Translations under genes and position numbers: made by a program
The notes under the pieces: model-generated
Databases searched by the model: none
What the model was told of the DNA's origin: nothing
The model's input: only the letters and a program-made list of their open reading frames with translations
Shown: in pieces, positions 34,880 to 59,908 of the stretch
Numbering within the stretch: position 1 is the first letter of the stretch
Layout: each line of letters starts with the position of its first letter
NCBI GenBank assembly: GCA_965153285.1
Contig: OZ229110.1
DNA length: 64,000 bases
Reading direction: 5' to 3' (one strand)
Source of the DNA: Podarcis tiliguerta
Lineage: Eukaryota

Positions 34880-37230
34880 GCCTGGGGGCAGACATCTCTG
34901 CGTCTCGCTCTCGCTGGTACGAAGGCCCAGACGGCCCGCGAGTGCAGGCGGGTCTGCACTTGCTTGTACCGGGGCGTGAAGGGAGGCGGTGAAGCTGGTT
35001 TCCCTCTCCGCCCCAGGTATGGTTTTTCTCGAGCGCTGCTCGTTTCTTCGCGGATGCTGGAGGAGAATCTCTTTCTCTTCCTCCCCGTGCGGGCCGGGGG
35101 CCATCAGCAAGGGAGCAGCTGCAGGTACAGGCAGCCTCCGCATAGTTGGCATTCCTGCAGGCTCGTCGCCCGGGCTCCTTCCAGGTCCTCGGCACGGCGC
35201 GCGTTGTCTCTGAGTCTCCCGGCCGGAGGCTCCTAGATAAGAAGAACGCGCTTCCATCTTTAGCCGCTCCTGTTTCTTCGAGACCTTTTCGGGTGGATGG
35301 GGCTTTGATGAATCCCCCGGACGCTTTTATTTTCAAGCAGGACAGAAAAAAGGTGACCGGAGCTGATTATTTTTGGAGAAGCCTCTCCAACCTCGCCTGC
35401 GGGCAAACAGGCACACTCGATGCATCTCTCTCTTTGCACGGCCATAGATCTTGGTGTATCGTAAGAACAGAAAAGCCCGGTGGCCCAGCTTAGTCCAGCA
35501 TCTGGTTCTCATAGTGGCTAACTAGATGCTTGTGGGAAACCCGCGATACAAGAGTTCCGTCTTTCTTTATTGAAAAAGAAAAAGCTCACTCCTAGCCATC
35601 TTTCCTCAAAAGTTGCCTGGCGTGCTCTGGTCCATGGGGTCACGAAGAGTAGGACACAACAAAACACCAACAACAAAGGCTTGATCCCAGTGAGATTTAT
35701 TCCTGGTAAATACTGGGAAGTAAGCCCCATTGAATGCAGCGGGACTTACCTCTGTGTAAACATGCACGAGTGTGTGTTATAAAAACAGTAAGAGGAAACT
35801 AGATGGGCATGAGCAGGTGCCATTCAAACAGTGCAGCGAGCATGTCATTCTAGGGCAGGGACCCGCCGTGTTAATTCTTTATAGGACGAACTAACCCGAG
35901 AGTTGGGTTTTCAGGTCAGGCTCGGCTGACTGCCGGATTCAGGTCCCGGGGGCTTCCCACCCCTCCCCCCGCAAGCAGCAGGATTCCCACATCCGGGTTG
36001 GACCCTGCTGCTGCTGCCAGGCGTCCTGAGTTGGGGTCAGCCCCGGCGCTTGCGGAGTTAATTGCCGCCACTTTCTCTCGCCTCCCCCTCCTCCCAGCCG
36101 AGGCTCTTTTCTCGGAGCTCCCGGGACGCCGCGCCGCTTCTCACGTGGGCAGCGGTGACCCTCTGTGTTTACTTTATTTTTGGCACTTCTAGCAGTGGCG
36201 GCGCTTTTCTTGAGCCATCCGGTGGCGATGCGAGTTTTTTCTTGCCTCAACTTACCGGAGGGGAGGAAGGGGCAGCTCGGCTGAGTCAAGGTAAGGGGGG
36301 GGGCGAGGGGAGGCGGAGCAGGCGGCTTCCCCTTTGCCCTGGGCGACTTTGCGATGGCTGAGCAGAAAGTTAATGTAACCTTTTTTCTTTTGTGGGCTTT
36401 CCTTTTGTTCTTCGCCTTCCGGGGAGGGGAGGGCAGGCCCCGGCTCCGGGAATTAACAAAAGAGGGGAGAGGAAAGTGACTGATCCCAAAGGGAGGCGTG
36501 TGCAAGCAAGGAAAAGAGGGCAGAGGGAGCGTAGAAGAGGGCGCTGCTGTCTGTGGGCTGCGCGTAAAGCTCAGGGCCGGGGGGAGGCGGCGGACGGAGG
36601 ACAAGAGCCGGGTAAGGACACCTGGGCTTGCTGGGAGCGCCTGCAGCAGGTGGGAAGGAAAGTGGAGGAGGGGAGAGGATCGTCGGGCCAGATGCAGAGG
36701 CTCGGAGGTCCCTGTGAAGCAACACCGGTGGCGCCTCCCACCAGCTTCTCCGTCGGCGAGAGATCGCGCTGCGTCCTTGCTTGTTACCTCGCGCGTAATC
36801 AGGGTGGCGGAAGGCACTGCCCCGGGGGCGCAGAGCGCACGGCACCGCGGTGGGGGTGGTCGGGGTGGGGGCGGTGTGCGTGCGCAGTTACGGAGGTGTG
36901 CAGAATTCTACCCACAGCCACACACTCGCCCCCCCCCCGCCCCAGCATCCAGTGAAAGTGCGCTCTCTATTGAGTTGGTTTCCAGGACCCTTGAAACTTC
37001 CTTAATCTCTTTAGTATGAAGCCGCCCCAGCAGCGGCATTCGTTCCCCCGATAGCTCACTTGTTCCTCTTTCCCAGCAGCTCAGTTTACTGGCCCGTGAA
37101 GGGCACGTCGCGCCCGCGCGGTTCTGGCGACCCGCTCACTCACAAGGTGGGCGGCGCAGGTTAGGTCTTCGTTTTCTTCCTAAACCCCTTTTGTGAATGA
37201 GTGAGTGTGTTTGTGTGTGTGGCGGGTTTC
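34880..37230. promoter_or_regulatory. CpG island, probable LARGE2 promoter and non-coding first exon(s)
   Basis: CpG-rich blocks (34880-35470, 35860-37230) ~8-10 kb upstream of the LARGE2 ATG exon, which starts at a splice acceptor. Strong plus-strand donors AAG|gtaagg (36291) and CGG|gtaagg (36612). Confidence 0.7.
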
Positions 37231-40200
37231 GAACAGGACTGAACAAAAAAGGGACCCACCAGCAGTTGTACACCTCCTGGGAACCTCTTAATGTTTGGTT
37301 ACCTCAAAGAGACCAGCTGTCTGGTTCCGCCTCTCCCTCCCTTTCTCATTCAAGCTGATCGGAAGAACTTTGTAACTTCGCTGCTGCCAGACGTTGCTTG
37401 CCTCTTCCCAACCTCAACCTCCCCCACCCCTCTTGTGTCACATCTTTTAGATTAGAACGGGCAGGGGTTGCCTTGTTATTGGTAACATCTAAGGCGCTGT
37501 TTCCACTCAATAGCTAGGTAATGTGCTTTTAATAAACTTGATATTGGGACCTGTGTGCATAACAGCAAAGGGTGGTTCATGGAAGACTGGCCATTGGTGC
37601 CTCTGTTCAGGGGTGCCCACATTAATTGGCACTGCCTCTGCAAGGCATCACCCTGAGCTGGTGGTTCAAATGATTGATTGGACAGGGAAGGGGTTACATG
37701 CAAAGTGTGTGATCTGCTACTGATCTACTATAGCCTTTCCTAAGAATTAGGAATATCCTCCAGTCCTCTTCATAATTAGCCAGTTTTGTATGATCCTGTA
37801 GCCGTTTGGTGTAAGGCAGTGTCTCCTAGAACAGGGGTTGGTCCTCAAACTTTCCAACTCTAAAGCCCACTTGAGACGGCTGAAAATTACTGAGGCCCAC
37901 CAGCTACAAAATGGTGGTGCGGGGGGGGGGGCAGAACCAGTCATGAAATGGTGCCAGGGTGGAGGCAGAATTTGGCACAATCTGCTGGCAATTACTGGCA
38001 TCATTTTCTACTGAGCCATCTTTTGAAGTTCTTTGCTTGAGCTTTTTCCTTGTGGCAGAGGTGTCCCATCACTTCGCTTTTCTCAAGCTAAGTACAAACA
38101 TTTGTTCTGGAAGTATTGTGATGTCCTCCGCATTTGCTGATGAAAGCTTTTTCTTTTGTTTTCCTTTCCTCTGCATGCCTCTCAAGTGAATATATATATT
38201 ACCTATCTTCTGTAATTTCTTCTCTTATTTTCCTTATTTCCTTCCCCCAAACTATCACTTTCATCTTTCATCCCCCTTCCTCTAGGCCGAGATCTGCATA
38301 GACAGGGTGAAGGGTGCACAGCCCGTGAGTCTTCTCCTGACACTTACAGATATTTCTATTGCATCTAGCTGGCACAGTGGTTTTATTGGAAAGATCAAGA
38401 AAGCAGGGTTTCAGCAGTTGGTGTTGCCCTCCAGCAATGATGATGTCAGCAGGAGAAGGGATTATGAAACTGGGTGTCATGCTGGCACTTGCTGCTTTCT
38501 AGAGCTTCTACCCCAGCTCAGTGCACCTGACCTATATCCAGGCAGCCTCACTTAAAAGGCTCCTCAAAGTTGCTTGTCTTGTTTCTAGGATGTGTGAGGA
38601 TTTGGGGCCCTCTGCATCTGGGCACTGCAGGGGTCCTCCATAGGAAGGGGTTGCAGTTGTGTCACAGTGAATCAATCCCCTGCTGTGTGATGGGCTTCAT
38701 TATTTGTTTGAACAGCAGCGCTGCATGTCCCTTTCATTGAGCAATCCTTACAAAGGGTATGGAGAGCAGTTCCTTTGCCTACAGACCTTACACACCTTCT
38801 CTCCCCTCCTCCAACTCTAAAGACTCATCAAAAGTTCTGTGCATTAATAGGCACAAGGGCTCTGAATGGATGACTGGCTAGTAATCCAGGCCTTTTCTTT
38901 TTTTTTTAGTCCTATGACTAAAGAAAGGTTCCTGCACAACCTCCAGCTGTTGTTAATGCAAATCTCAGGCATGGAGTCATTATTCTGTCACTTGCCCAGG
39001 AGCCATATGAATAATTAATATTAGCACACAAGTGGCTTTATGGCCTTTTTGCAACTCCTTTTCCTAAATGTTTACGTGGCCGTTTGCCTTCCTTTTCTGG
39101 ACATGTGTTATAAATAAAAAGAACATGAATCTGCACTGTGTTCAGCAAAGTGAGTGGATGCATGCACCAGTGATGTTCATCTGATGTGCACACTAATAGG
39201 CTTCTTGAGCAAGGCAGCCCTTTTGCAAGAGATTCCAGTGTATGGGGGTGGAAAGGCAATATGTGAATGCTTTTCGCCGTTCTTATCTAGGATGTTAGGT
39301 TGTGGGGCAGTGATCAAGCTATGGGGCATTGCCTTTCTCTTGGAACAAAGTTACGGGATTAGAACCTGACAGAGGGGCCTCGCCAACATGTCCATACACA
39401 TCCTGGGAATCTGGCATTTTGGATACCTAAACACTAACAATATGCTTCTCTCGGCAGTGAGAGATTAAGCTTTGTAGCGTGAAGTAGAGATGTGGGAAGC
39501 TCTTCTCATTTGCCTTGGAATCCACAGCTTACTGGGCAAACTAATGAGGCTACAAAAGTTCAACCTGATCCCTTGGAGTTTGCAGCCTGAATAAAATTGG
39601 GAGTTATTCACACACGTTGCATTCCTTCAGCTTGTAGCATAACTCCCCTTGCTTTAGCATAGTTATCGCTGATAGTATGTGGATGTGTTTACACAGTCAA
39701 ATACCACTGGAAAGCTCACTTGCAGGCAGAATCTCAACTGTTATTTTATAAAAGGCAAAACCCTTTTTTCCAAGAAAGACACCCTTCCCCACCAAGAGTC
39801 ACCCGCTTTATAATTAACTGCTCTTAATTTTCTAAAAACCTCTTTTAGAACTTTGGAGCTGAAGTCAGCCCCGTCCCAAGAGTTGGGGACAGGTAACAGT
39901 CTTGTACAATAAAGCTTAGGAGCTGGGTTCCTGTCTCCAAAGTCCTTGCCATGGAAGTCACATAGTCCCCAGGATATGGCCCCAAGGCACCGTATGAGAC
40001 CACCACTTGGCTGAAGCTAAAGAGGTCTGGCTCTGGGCAGTGCCTGGACAGAAGAAAGGTGGGCTATAAATGTAATAAAATTAAAAAGAGCAACAAAACA
40101 GGGAGAATGCAGGGCAAGATGGGAGTGACTGGGTTTTAAACTCAACCTTAGAATGGTGGTTTGTAAGCTTCCTATATTCAGGGCTTTCACACTACTACAG

Positions 40201-41755
40201 ATGTACATTACAGCACAAGATTGTCTGTGATGGGAAATCCTGTCTTTCTTTCCTGATCCTTTTGCTGAGGAGCCCTTTTCAAGGAAGCACAGGCTTTTCC
40301 AGATCACAGTATGAATGCGGCTGCCTTTGATATGGCCACCTTGTTCCTACAGGCTGCTGCTAATGAGGGCTATCTGCTTGGGTGGTGTGGCTTATAACTC
40401 TACCCTGGGGGGGGGGGGGACTGAAGTGCTAGGAAATCATAACCTGGTCCACAAACCCAGTTGCACATCTTGTATAATAGGAAATAAACCCTACAGTGCT
40501 GTTCAAATAGGGGCCCTCAAAGAATATGCACCACAATAGCATGTTAGGCTGTGGGAATCGTTGTTTGTGAATATGGTAGACTCCACCCATGCACCCTCTC
40601 TTCTTCTCTCCACATATCACCCCAAGGCTTATGTTCTTTACAACAAAATCTGGGCTCCCCCACCCACCCTTTGAAGCAATGCTGGGTAACAGATCTGTGG
40701 TGCTTGGAGTTGGTTCTGTAAAAGTTTTAAGGAGGCAAACGCACAGCAATGTCTTCTCCTCCTCTTAATGCACTGATTATAGCAGTTGCTTTCCCTGTTC
40801 CTTTGCAAAATAAATGAATAAATAACTAGTTTGTGCCTTCTTGCCTGTGTTGTCTCACTCTCTTCCATAAGAGGCAAATGGCAAAGGCTGTCTGGTCTTC
40901 TTGCATTTTACATATATGCAAGTAAGACATGGAACCCATGAGAGGCTGTCTGGGCTAGGGTTTTTTGTTTGTTTGTTTTAGACACACGGTGTTAATGGGA
41001 AGGTACAGATGTTGATGCCTTTGCACTCCGGTGAGCAGGGAAATGAGGAAGATCAGGGAACAGTCATGAATGCGTTTTCCACTTGGTTTAGCCAGTGACC
41101 CTTCAACCTAAATGGAGCCTCTGTCTGGTTGGTAATTGCCTCATGGGTCTCTGAGGAATGCAGCAGGCGCATTGGAGACTGGAGGGCTTAAGGATTAGCT
41201 TTGTGAACAGCAGGATGCTAAGCTGGAAAAAAATCACATGAGAAACTCTTGCTTCCCTTTAATGCTTGCCAGTCACTGGAGAAAGAGACTGGATTCAGCC
41301 ACTTATGGGCATGGGGAAAGATGCCTCCAAGTCTAGATAATGAATTTCTATGTTACCGTTCTGTTTGGAGATTTCTGACAGCTCTGTGCATGTACCCATT
41401 TTCTGATATGACTGGAAACTACTAATTCCACAGCATTTCCCCATTTAAATCCAGGGGCTTTGCTCACGGTTGGGTTGTTCACCAAATTAAAAGAATTATT
41501 AGTTGATTGATCAGCTGTCAGTTGACCCAAGGTATGGTCTGAAGGCATATGAGCCCACAACCTTGCTGAAGCTAAACAAGCCTGATTCTGCTCAGTGCCT
41601 GGATGGGTCCCTCCTGCCAGACTGCATGTATGCTGCCTTGGGTTCCATAATAGAAGAAGAGTGAGGTATAAATGTAAGAAATTAAATATAAATTAAATAA
41701 ATAGGTGTATTACCCAAAGCCAAATCTAGGTTTATTAATGAGATAGTGAAGTGTA

Positions 41756-41756
<1 letters not shown>

Positions 41757-41789
<33 letters not shown>
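41757..41789. repeat. (GT)n microsatellite
   Basis: About 16 GT units. Confidence 0.9.
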
Positions 41790-41792
<3 letters not shown>

Positions 41793-43603
41793 AAGCTAGT
41801 TACACATTAGCCAAATGAATGGCACACCAACATTGCCCCAAAGTGCTATTCCCTTAACTCACAGTCCCACTTGTTTAAAATGTTCATAGATTTAAAGTTG
41901 GTCTCCGTTGGCTCTGTTGGTTTTCCGATGCTCTGTCAATTAAAAGGTGCAGCCCAAGTCTGCAGCATCTGTTCATCGTCTGATGGTTTTTACTGATGGG
42001 CCCACTTAATGTGAGATCTGCAAGACAGCTTTGCTAGGGACTACGGTATATCAGATCAGGGCTTCCCTAAGACATGTTGGTGCCTGGGGGCCAAAGGCCC
42101 AAATTCCATGGGTAAAGATGGGGAACCAGCAGCCAGGATGTTTTCTTTCACGCTCTCCATTGACATGGTGCTCATTTCAGTGAGGCTTATGCAGGAGAGA
42201 ATTAATTGTGCCTCTTGGGTTAAAATTGTCTCCCATTCCTTAATGCAAGGGTAGCTAACCCTGTTCCTTCAGTTGTTGCTGGACTATAGCTCCCCATCAT
42301 CTCTTACTAGTGGCCATTCGAGCTGGGACTGATGGGAATTGAACATCATCTGGAGGGCCACAGGTTACTTGTTTTTCCTCTTCCATTAAAATATTATTTA
42401 TTTAGATATTTACATCCTGCTGCTTTTCAGTATGGCTTACATGGTCAAGGAATTTAACCCCCCCCCCCAGCTAAAATTCATAAAATAACAGCATATACAT
42501 ATTAGCAACAAAAATAAGCGAAGGCAGTATAAAATCACATGGCAGAGATGAAACTTAGCTTTGAAGCTAAAAGGCCCTGCTTGCTTTGTGTGTCCCCCCT
42601 CCTTCAATCATTTCCTCTTGCCTTTCCCCGTGTTGTCTGACATTCCCTTTATTCTGTTGGATTTTAATACCTGTTGTGTTTGTTTTAGAAAACTTGAATG
42701 TGGTAGTTATTGGAAATAAGCTTAAATGTGGCTTCCATATAGCTGACTCTGCAGACTGCCAAATAGAACAGCCGAGGTATACACACAGCTTGCCTCACAT
42801 CACTGAAGGGAGCTGCTGATTCTGGAACATTTGCAATTGCATTGCCAGCATCAAAGGCTGTGTGTGTGTGCGCACGCGCATTGTCTGAAGCACCAAGGTG
42901 GCAGGAAGTGGCAGGAGCGCTCTCAAACTGGGAACAGCACAGTGCGCTCTGACTCAACACTGATATCGCTCCTGCCGCCAGAACACCAAGTTCTGTGTCA
43001 GCCGTGAGGTTCAGATGTCAGCAGCTCAGTTATGCATCAGCACCCATTTGAAGTACAACCAATCTGGGGCACAGTGAAGACTGCAGGACTGCACACTAGG
43101 GCGCACCTGAAGCATAAGCAACCTGGAGATTTTGCTTGTTGGTTTGTGGCGGTCCAGCCATTTATGCACTGCCACCGTTGCCTTTCGCTCTGCTACTAAT
43201 TCAGGCAGGAAGGCACAGAGTAGCTTCTTTGCACTCTTGATTTTGAGTTCCTTTCTCTTGGTTTGCATCACAGTTCCGATAGCATCTCCACATTGCCGTT
43301 CTTCTGTGCTCTCATTATGATGCTGCAGAGTAAAACTTTGGGACCATGGAAGGTATCCAGGGGAAAGAGAAGTGCCTATTCTCTGGTACACTGTTAAGCT
43401 CATGGTTCAGAGTCACCCATGTAGGTTGCACAGCTTTGTGCCTGCCCAGTCAGTCCTGTTGCCAAGCAAATGACCACCACAAGCTGGAGTGTCTATCTTG
43501 CCTGTTTTGTACTGCAGAGAGCTTGTGAATGGAAAATATGCACCTGACCCCTGACCCCCAGGAGGTGCCCAAAGTCTGATGACATGAGAAAAGCTCGTTG
43601 CAC

Positions 43604-43785
43604 AGAATCATAGGATTGTAGAGTTGGAAGCGACCCTGAGGATCAGATAGCCATCCGACCTCTGCATAGATACCTCAGAGGAAGGAGAGTCCACCACCTT
43701 CTGAGGAAGTCCGTTCCATTGTCGAACAGCTCTTCCCATCAGAAAGTTCTTCCTTCTGTTTAGTCGGAATCTCCTTTCTTGCATA
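43604..43785 (-). mobile_element. CR1 LINE 3' end
   Basis: QERRFRLNRRKNFL..RAVRQWNGLP..VV.SPS.E is the CR1 ORF2 C-terminus; followed by the ttccaactctacaatcctatgattct tail. Confidence 0.85.
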
Positions 43786-44317
43786 AGAGTAGTCATTTCT
43801 CAGTTTTCTGTCTTTGCTTTGAACATCAATTTATATCTTCTTATCTGGAAAGTCCCAGCTCCTAATTTTCCTGCCCTGCTCTCTGTTTGTAACTCTGAGG
43901 AAGTTGTTCTATGCGTTTTTGCAGAAATTTTATTTTATTTTAATTCACTGCAGAGCCGGGCCCTAACTTTGAAAACAGGGTTTGAGCCATGCACACACTG
44001 ATAAATCTGTCTTTCATCAGACCAGGGTTTAGTAGCGCAAGATTGCTCTGGTCAAGCTGTTAAACAGAAATGCAGGTATTAATTTTATCGCTTCTGTAGC
44101 CCTTTTCAGCATAATAAAGTGCTTTGGAATTCTTGTCCCCACAAAAATTCCGTGAATTGAGGTAGTTTGAGAGATAATGTTTTACGAGAGGCCACTCAGT
44201 GAGCTTCATGGCTGAGCAAGGACATCTACCTTATCTCCAAACCAAACACTGTTTCCAATGACCTGTACTGGCTGCTGTTCTTACTCTGGGCTGCAAGTTT
44301 CTCTTGGGAAGAAAGTA

Positions 44318-44519
44318 CAGTGGTACCTCGGGTTAAGTACTTAATTCGTTCCGGAGGTCCGTTCTTAACCTGAAACTGTTCTTAACCTGAAGCACCACTT
44401 TAGCTAATGGGGCCTCCTGCTGCCGCCGCGCCGCTGGAGCATGATTTCTTAACCTGAAGCACCATTTCTCGGTTAGCGGAGTGTGTAACCTGAAGCATAT
44501 GTAACCCGAGGTACCACTG
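44318..44519. mobile_element. Tc1/mariner(Tigger)-type MITE
   Basis: Perfect 18-bp TIRs cagtggtacctcgggtta / taacccgaggtaccactg with TA target duplication. Confidence 0.88.
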
Positions 44520-45372
44520 TATTAGTGAATTGCCTCTGCTGAACAAAGGAGTGCTGGGTTAAGTGGCAAGGGCTGTGAGTCTGGAGAACCTCTTGATATC
44601 AGGGGCTTTTCTTGAAGATGTGCATGGCACATCTCCTCTATGGGGGTTAAGTCTTCTCTGTGTGCATCATTTTCAGCAATATATGTTAAAACAAGAGACC
44701 TTCATGTTACCCTTTGCCGTGCGTTTCTAGAACTGGGTTCAGCTTGGATGACTCAGGTGCTGATTAGGGTGAAAGAAGCACACAGCTGAGAGTTCAAGGA
44801 GTTTTGTTTGGCAAGTTCCTACTGGGAAATTATCTACTGCTAAGCCAAGGGAGTTGAAAGAGTAGGATCCTTTTTGCTTTTCCAAATCCTGGCTGGTGAG
44901 ACTCAAGAGAGGACTCCTAGGCTTCCTCAGATGTGATCGTCAGCTTGCTGTCAGTGCCCACGAATGCTATTAGAAGTCCTGGTGACACCTTTTGCAGTTC
45001 CAGCATGTTTCAAGACACCCTTGGCCATTTTGGAGAATGAATGAGGCCCCCGCGACTGGGGAGGCTTCATGGGAGAGGAGGATGTGGCTGTTGACCTCAA
45101 ATCAGGAGACTTCCCTGGTTCAAAATGCATAGGCTGTGGACTCACATCAGAACAAAGCCCATTTTACCCAAAGTTGGGGGCAAATGTTTCAGCTGCTTGC
45201 TGCTGCTGTTGCTGGTTCTGGAAAGCCAAGTCTAGCAAAGTCCTCCGTTTCCATTTTGAGGATCAATTCCGCCGGTTGACATTTTTGGTTCACTCTTTTG
45301 TTCTTCTCTTGCAGGGTGTAGGATGCTGGCTCCGGTGCGGCTAGGCCTGCCCACATGACCTTTGCCACCATC

Positions 45373-56905
<11,533 letters not shown>

Positions 56906-57589
56906 ACGGCAAGACGCACACCAAAGGACAGTCCGTGCAAGGCAACACATGCCCTGCAGAGGAGGGACAGCGGACCACGCTCGTGTCCTGGAGCAGTTCA
57001 GACCTACGGCAGAGCCACCCTCCCAATAGTAGCCGGGTGCTACACACTTTGTCTAAGTTGTGGGTACAATTGCAGCCGGTTGGGTTGGGGCAGGTGGCAT
57101 ATCGTTCATGGCTATGGAGCCAATCAAAACAATGCTCCCAATCTAAATCAGGCAAGTTACATACATTTGTGTACACCTGTTTCCAAATTGAGGGGGGAAG
57201 CATGGGAATGAAGAGGAGGGAAGGTGTGCTCCTGAGCAGCCACTTCCTGTTGGTGTAGACGGTAATGAGGACAGACCAGTGGCCTGACTCTAAGGCAACT
57301 TCCTCTGTTGCTGTTTTGAAGGTGGGCCTTTCCCACCCCATGAGCCTGATGCCTTAATACAGCTACAGTCACCTGTTTCCTGTGGTAGAAACGTAGAGTG
57401 GTTGTGGAAATTGAGACTTCTACTAATGTGTTGTGTCCCTCTATCAGTGTAGTAGCCCCATCCTAATTCCAGCTCTTTCATTTGTCCCCTCCAAGCCAAA
57501 ACCAATTAGTCAATTATGACTAAATCATATAAAGTGAGCATCTAGAAAATCTTATGTGAGCTATTCTTATACATGTGGCAAGAGGGACT

Positions 57590-57860
57590 GTAATAATAAT
57601 AATAATAATAATTTATTATTTGTACCCTGCCCATCTGGCTGGGTTTCCCCAGCCACTCTGGGCGGCTTCCATAGAAACAAAAAATACAGTAAAATATCTC
57701 AGATTAAAAACTTCCCTGAACAGGGCTGCCTTAAGATGTCTTCTAAATGTCAGGTAGTTATTTATTGCTTTGACATCTGATGGGAGGGCGTTCAACAGGG
57801 CGGGCACGACTACCGAAAAGGCCCTCTGCCTGGTTCCCTGTAGCTTTGCTTCTCGCAATG
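57590..57860 (-). mobile_element. L2 LINE 3' end with (AAT)n tail
   Basis: RAFSVVVPALLNALPSDV...FRRHLKAALF is the L2 ORF2 C-terminus; same tail as 5106-5285. Confidence 0.8.
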
Positions 57861-58716
57861 AGATGTATGCATATACAGGCAACCCAGTTTGTGCATGGGT
57901 TGTGTTTCAAGGTACTGTGCATGTCGGTGGAGCATGCATAAGCCCACCCCGCCCTGTCACACCATCTTGCAGGTCCAAAACCAGTGTATGTGTGCACAGT
58001 TGCACGTTCTTTGAACCCATGGAAAACAGGAGTTGCCTGTACCCTGCCTTTTACAAATCTGCATAGCCTTCCTGTTGGTCATGGATCAGGGCTTTACTGA
58101 TGGGAAAAGGATGGTGTGGGACCTATTCTGAAAGAGTTTAAAGTGGGGAACCTGAGGTCTAGGGGCTGCATGTGACCCTGCTTATCTCTATGGGTGCGGC
58201 CTTTCCTTTCCTTTTTATGATGTGTTTGTAGAGAAGCCCTGCACTGGAATAGAAAATATTTTAGCACAGGGTTTCCCTACACACACACAGCTACACAAGG
58301 AAGAAGAGTCACAACTGTTGCTTCACCCACATTCTGCCTTCGGTGCTATTGACCACCACCAAGAAATGGGGCTGTCAGGGGTGTTGGTAAGGAACCTTGT
58401 CTCCAACCTGCCTTGCGCTTACTTCATGGATAACGTTACTACCTAGAAAAAAGCCTAGTGTAAGGAAAGCCAGGTCCTTGTTCCAGGGGCTATATAGCGC
58501 ACATGCTTTGCTGTGAATACATGGCTGAAACCAAGTCCCTTTAGTCCAAACGAACTTCTTTCCAACAGGGTTCAGGCGAGGATCCTTGAAAATGTGTAAG
58601 CAGGGCATTTTGGAAAAAGCCCAAACGCTGCTTGCCTATTTGCCCCCCACCCCCACAACTAAAATGCGGGTGTAGTTCATCTCACCAGAGTTAAATAGAA
58701 CCTCTTATCATGGCTA

Positions 58717-59081
58717 AAAAGGTAAAGGTAAAGGTACCCCTGCCCGTACGGGCCAGTCTTGACAGACTCTAGGGTTGTGCGCCCATCTCACTTAAGAGGC
58801 CGGGGGCCAGCGCTGTCCGGAGACACTTCTGGGTCACGTGGCCAGCGTGACAAAGCTGCATCTGTCGAGCCAGCGCAGCACACGGAAACGACGTTTACCT
58901 TCCCGCCAGTAAGCGGTCCCTATTTATCTACTTGCACCCAGAGGTGCTTTCGAACTGCTAGGTTGGCAGGCGCTGGGACCGAGCAACGGGAGCGCACCCC
59001 GCCGCGGGGATTCGAACCGCCAACCTTTCGATCGGCAAGCCCTAGGCTCTGTGGTTTAACCCACAGCGCCACCCGCGTCCC
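58717..59081 (-). mobile_element. Full-length young Sauria SINE with 14-16 bp TSD
   Basis: Intact head gggacgcgggtggcgc, B box ggttcgaatcc, (ACCTTT)n tail; TSD (cc)tcttatcatggcta at 58701-58716 and 59080-59095. Confidence 0.93.
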
Positions 59082-59902
59082 TCTTATCATGGCTACTACT
59101 CAGTAAATCTTGTTTAGCTTGATGTTGCACATCATTGCCAAACCTACTTTCCCCCTCCCATGGAGGAACGCAAGTCTTGCCCTTCCTATATCTGCTGGAA
59201 TATGGCCTTGATCAGCTGCTTTCCTGAGTAAATATTAGCTCAAACTGTGTTTGTATGATCAGGACCAAGGACTGCACAATTGGGCCTTGTGCAGGAGTCC
59301 ATAATGGAATCAGATTGTCTTCAGTCTAGATGCATTTAAGTGTCACAGATGATTACAGATTAAGTCTGTGCAACCATGGAAGTAGGCAAGTCATTGCATG
59401 CAGGCTGCCGTCCTGATAGCTGCTTGGTGAACCTGATGCTCGAAGGGACTAATTCCACTTCTTGAAAAAAGGAACACATGAGCATCTTGCTGTATCTGCA
59501 ACTGACGTAGGGTCTGTTAATGAATGCTGCAGCTGAATGTCTGTGCTGGGAGCAGCTTCAGCCCAGCCATGGTCCACAATTATCAAACACTGGAGCACAA
59601 GGATGGAGATGTAACGGGAAAACTCTTTCCTTGCTGTTTATATAATTTAAGGTGATTTCTCACAAGCTGTAAATGATTTGGGTGTCATAGATTTTCTGGT
59701 AGTTTCTCTCTTTGGTTCTGGAGTCTGTCTAGGGTCTTCTGCTGCTGGGCGCTTTGATTTTTCCTTTGACTTCCTGGAATTCAAGAGCTTCCAAAGTGCT
59801 GGGATTAGTTTTCCATCCCTCTAGACAGGCTGATGTAAACGCTGAAACTGTCCCACACTGAGCACTGTACAGCATGGGCACAAGTATTCCTTTTTAAAAA
59901 AC

Positions 59903-59908
59903 ATTAAA
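59903..59908 (+). terminator. Candidate LARGE2 poly(A) signal (ATTAAA)
   Basis: ATTAAA outside recognised repeats, followed ~30 nt later by a GU-rich tract (tgtgagagttgtttggtt). Confidence 0.4.

Noticed and set aside
34619-37019. Several long ORFs (212, 179, 292, 187, 173 aa) in the second CpG island
   Set aside because: They overlap on both strands, have low-complexity composition and no family motifs; expected from GC content.
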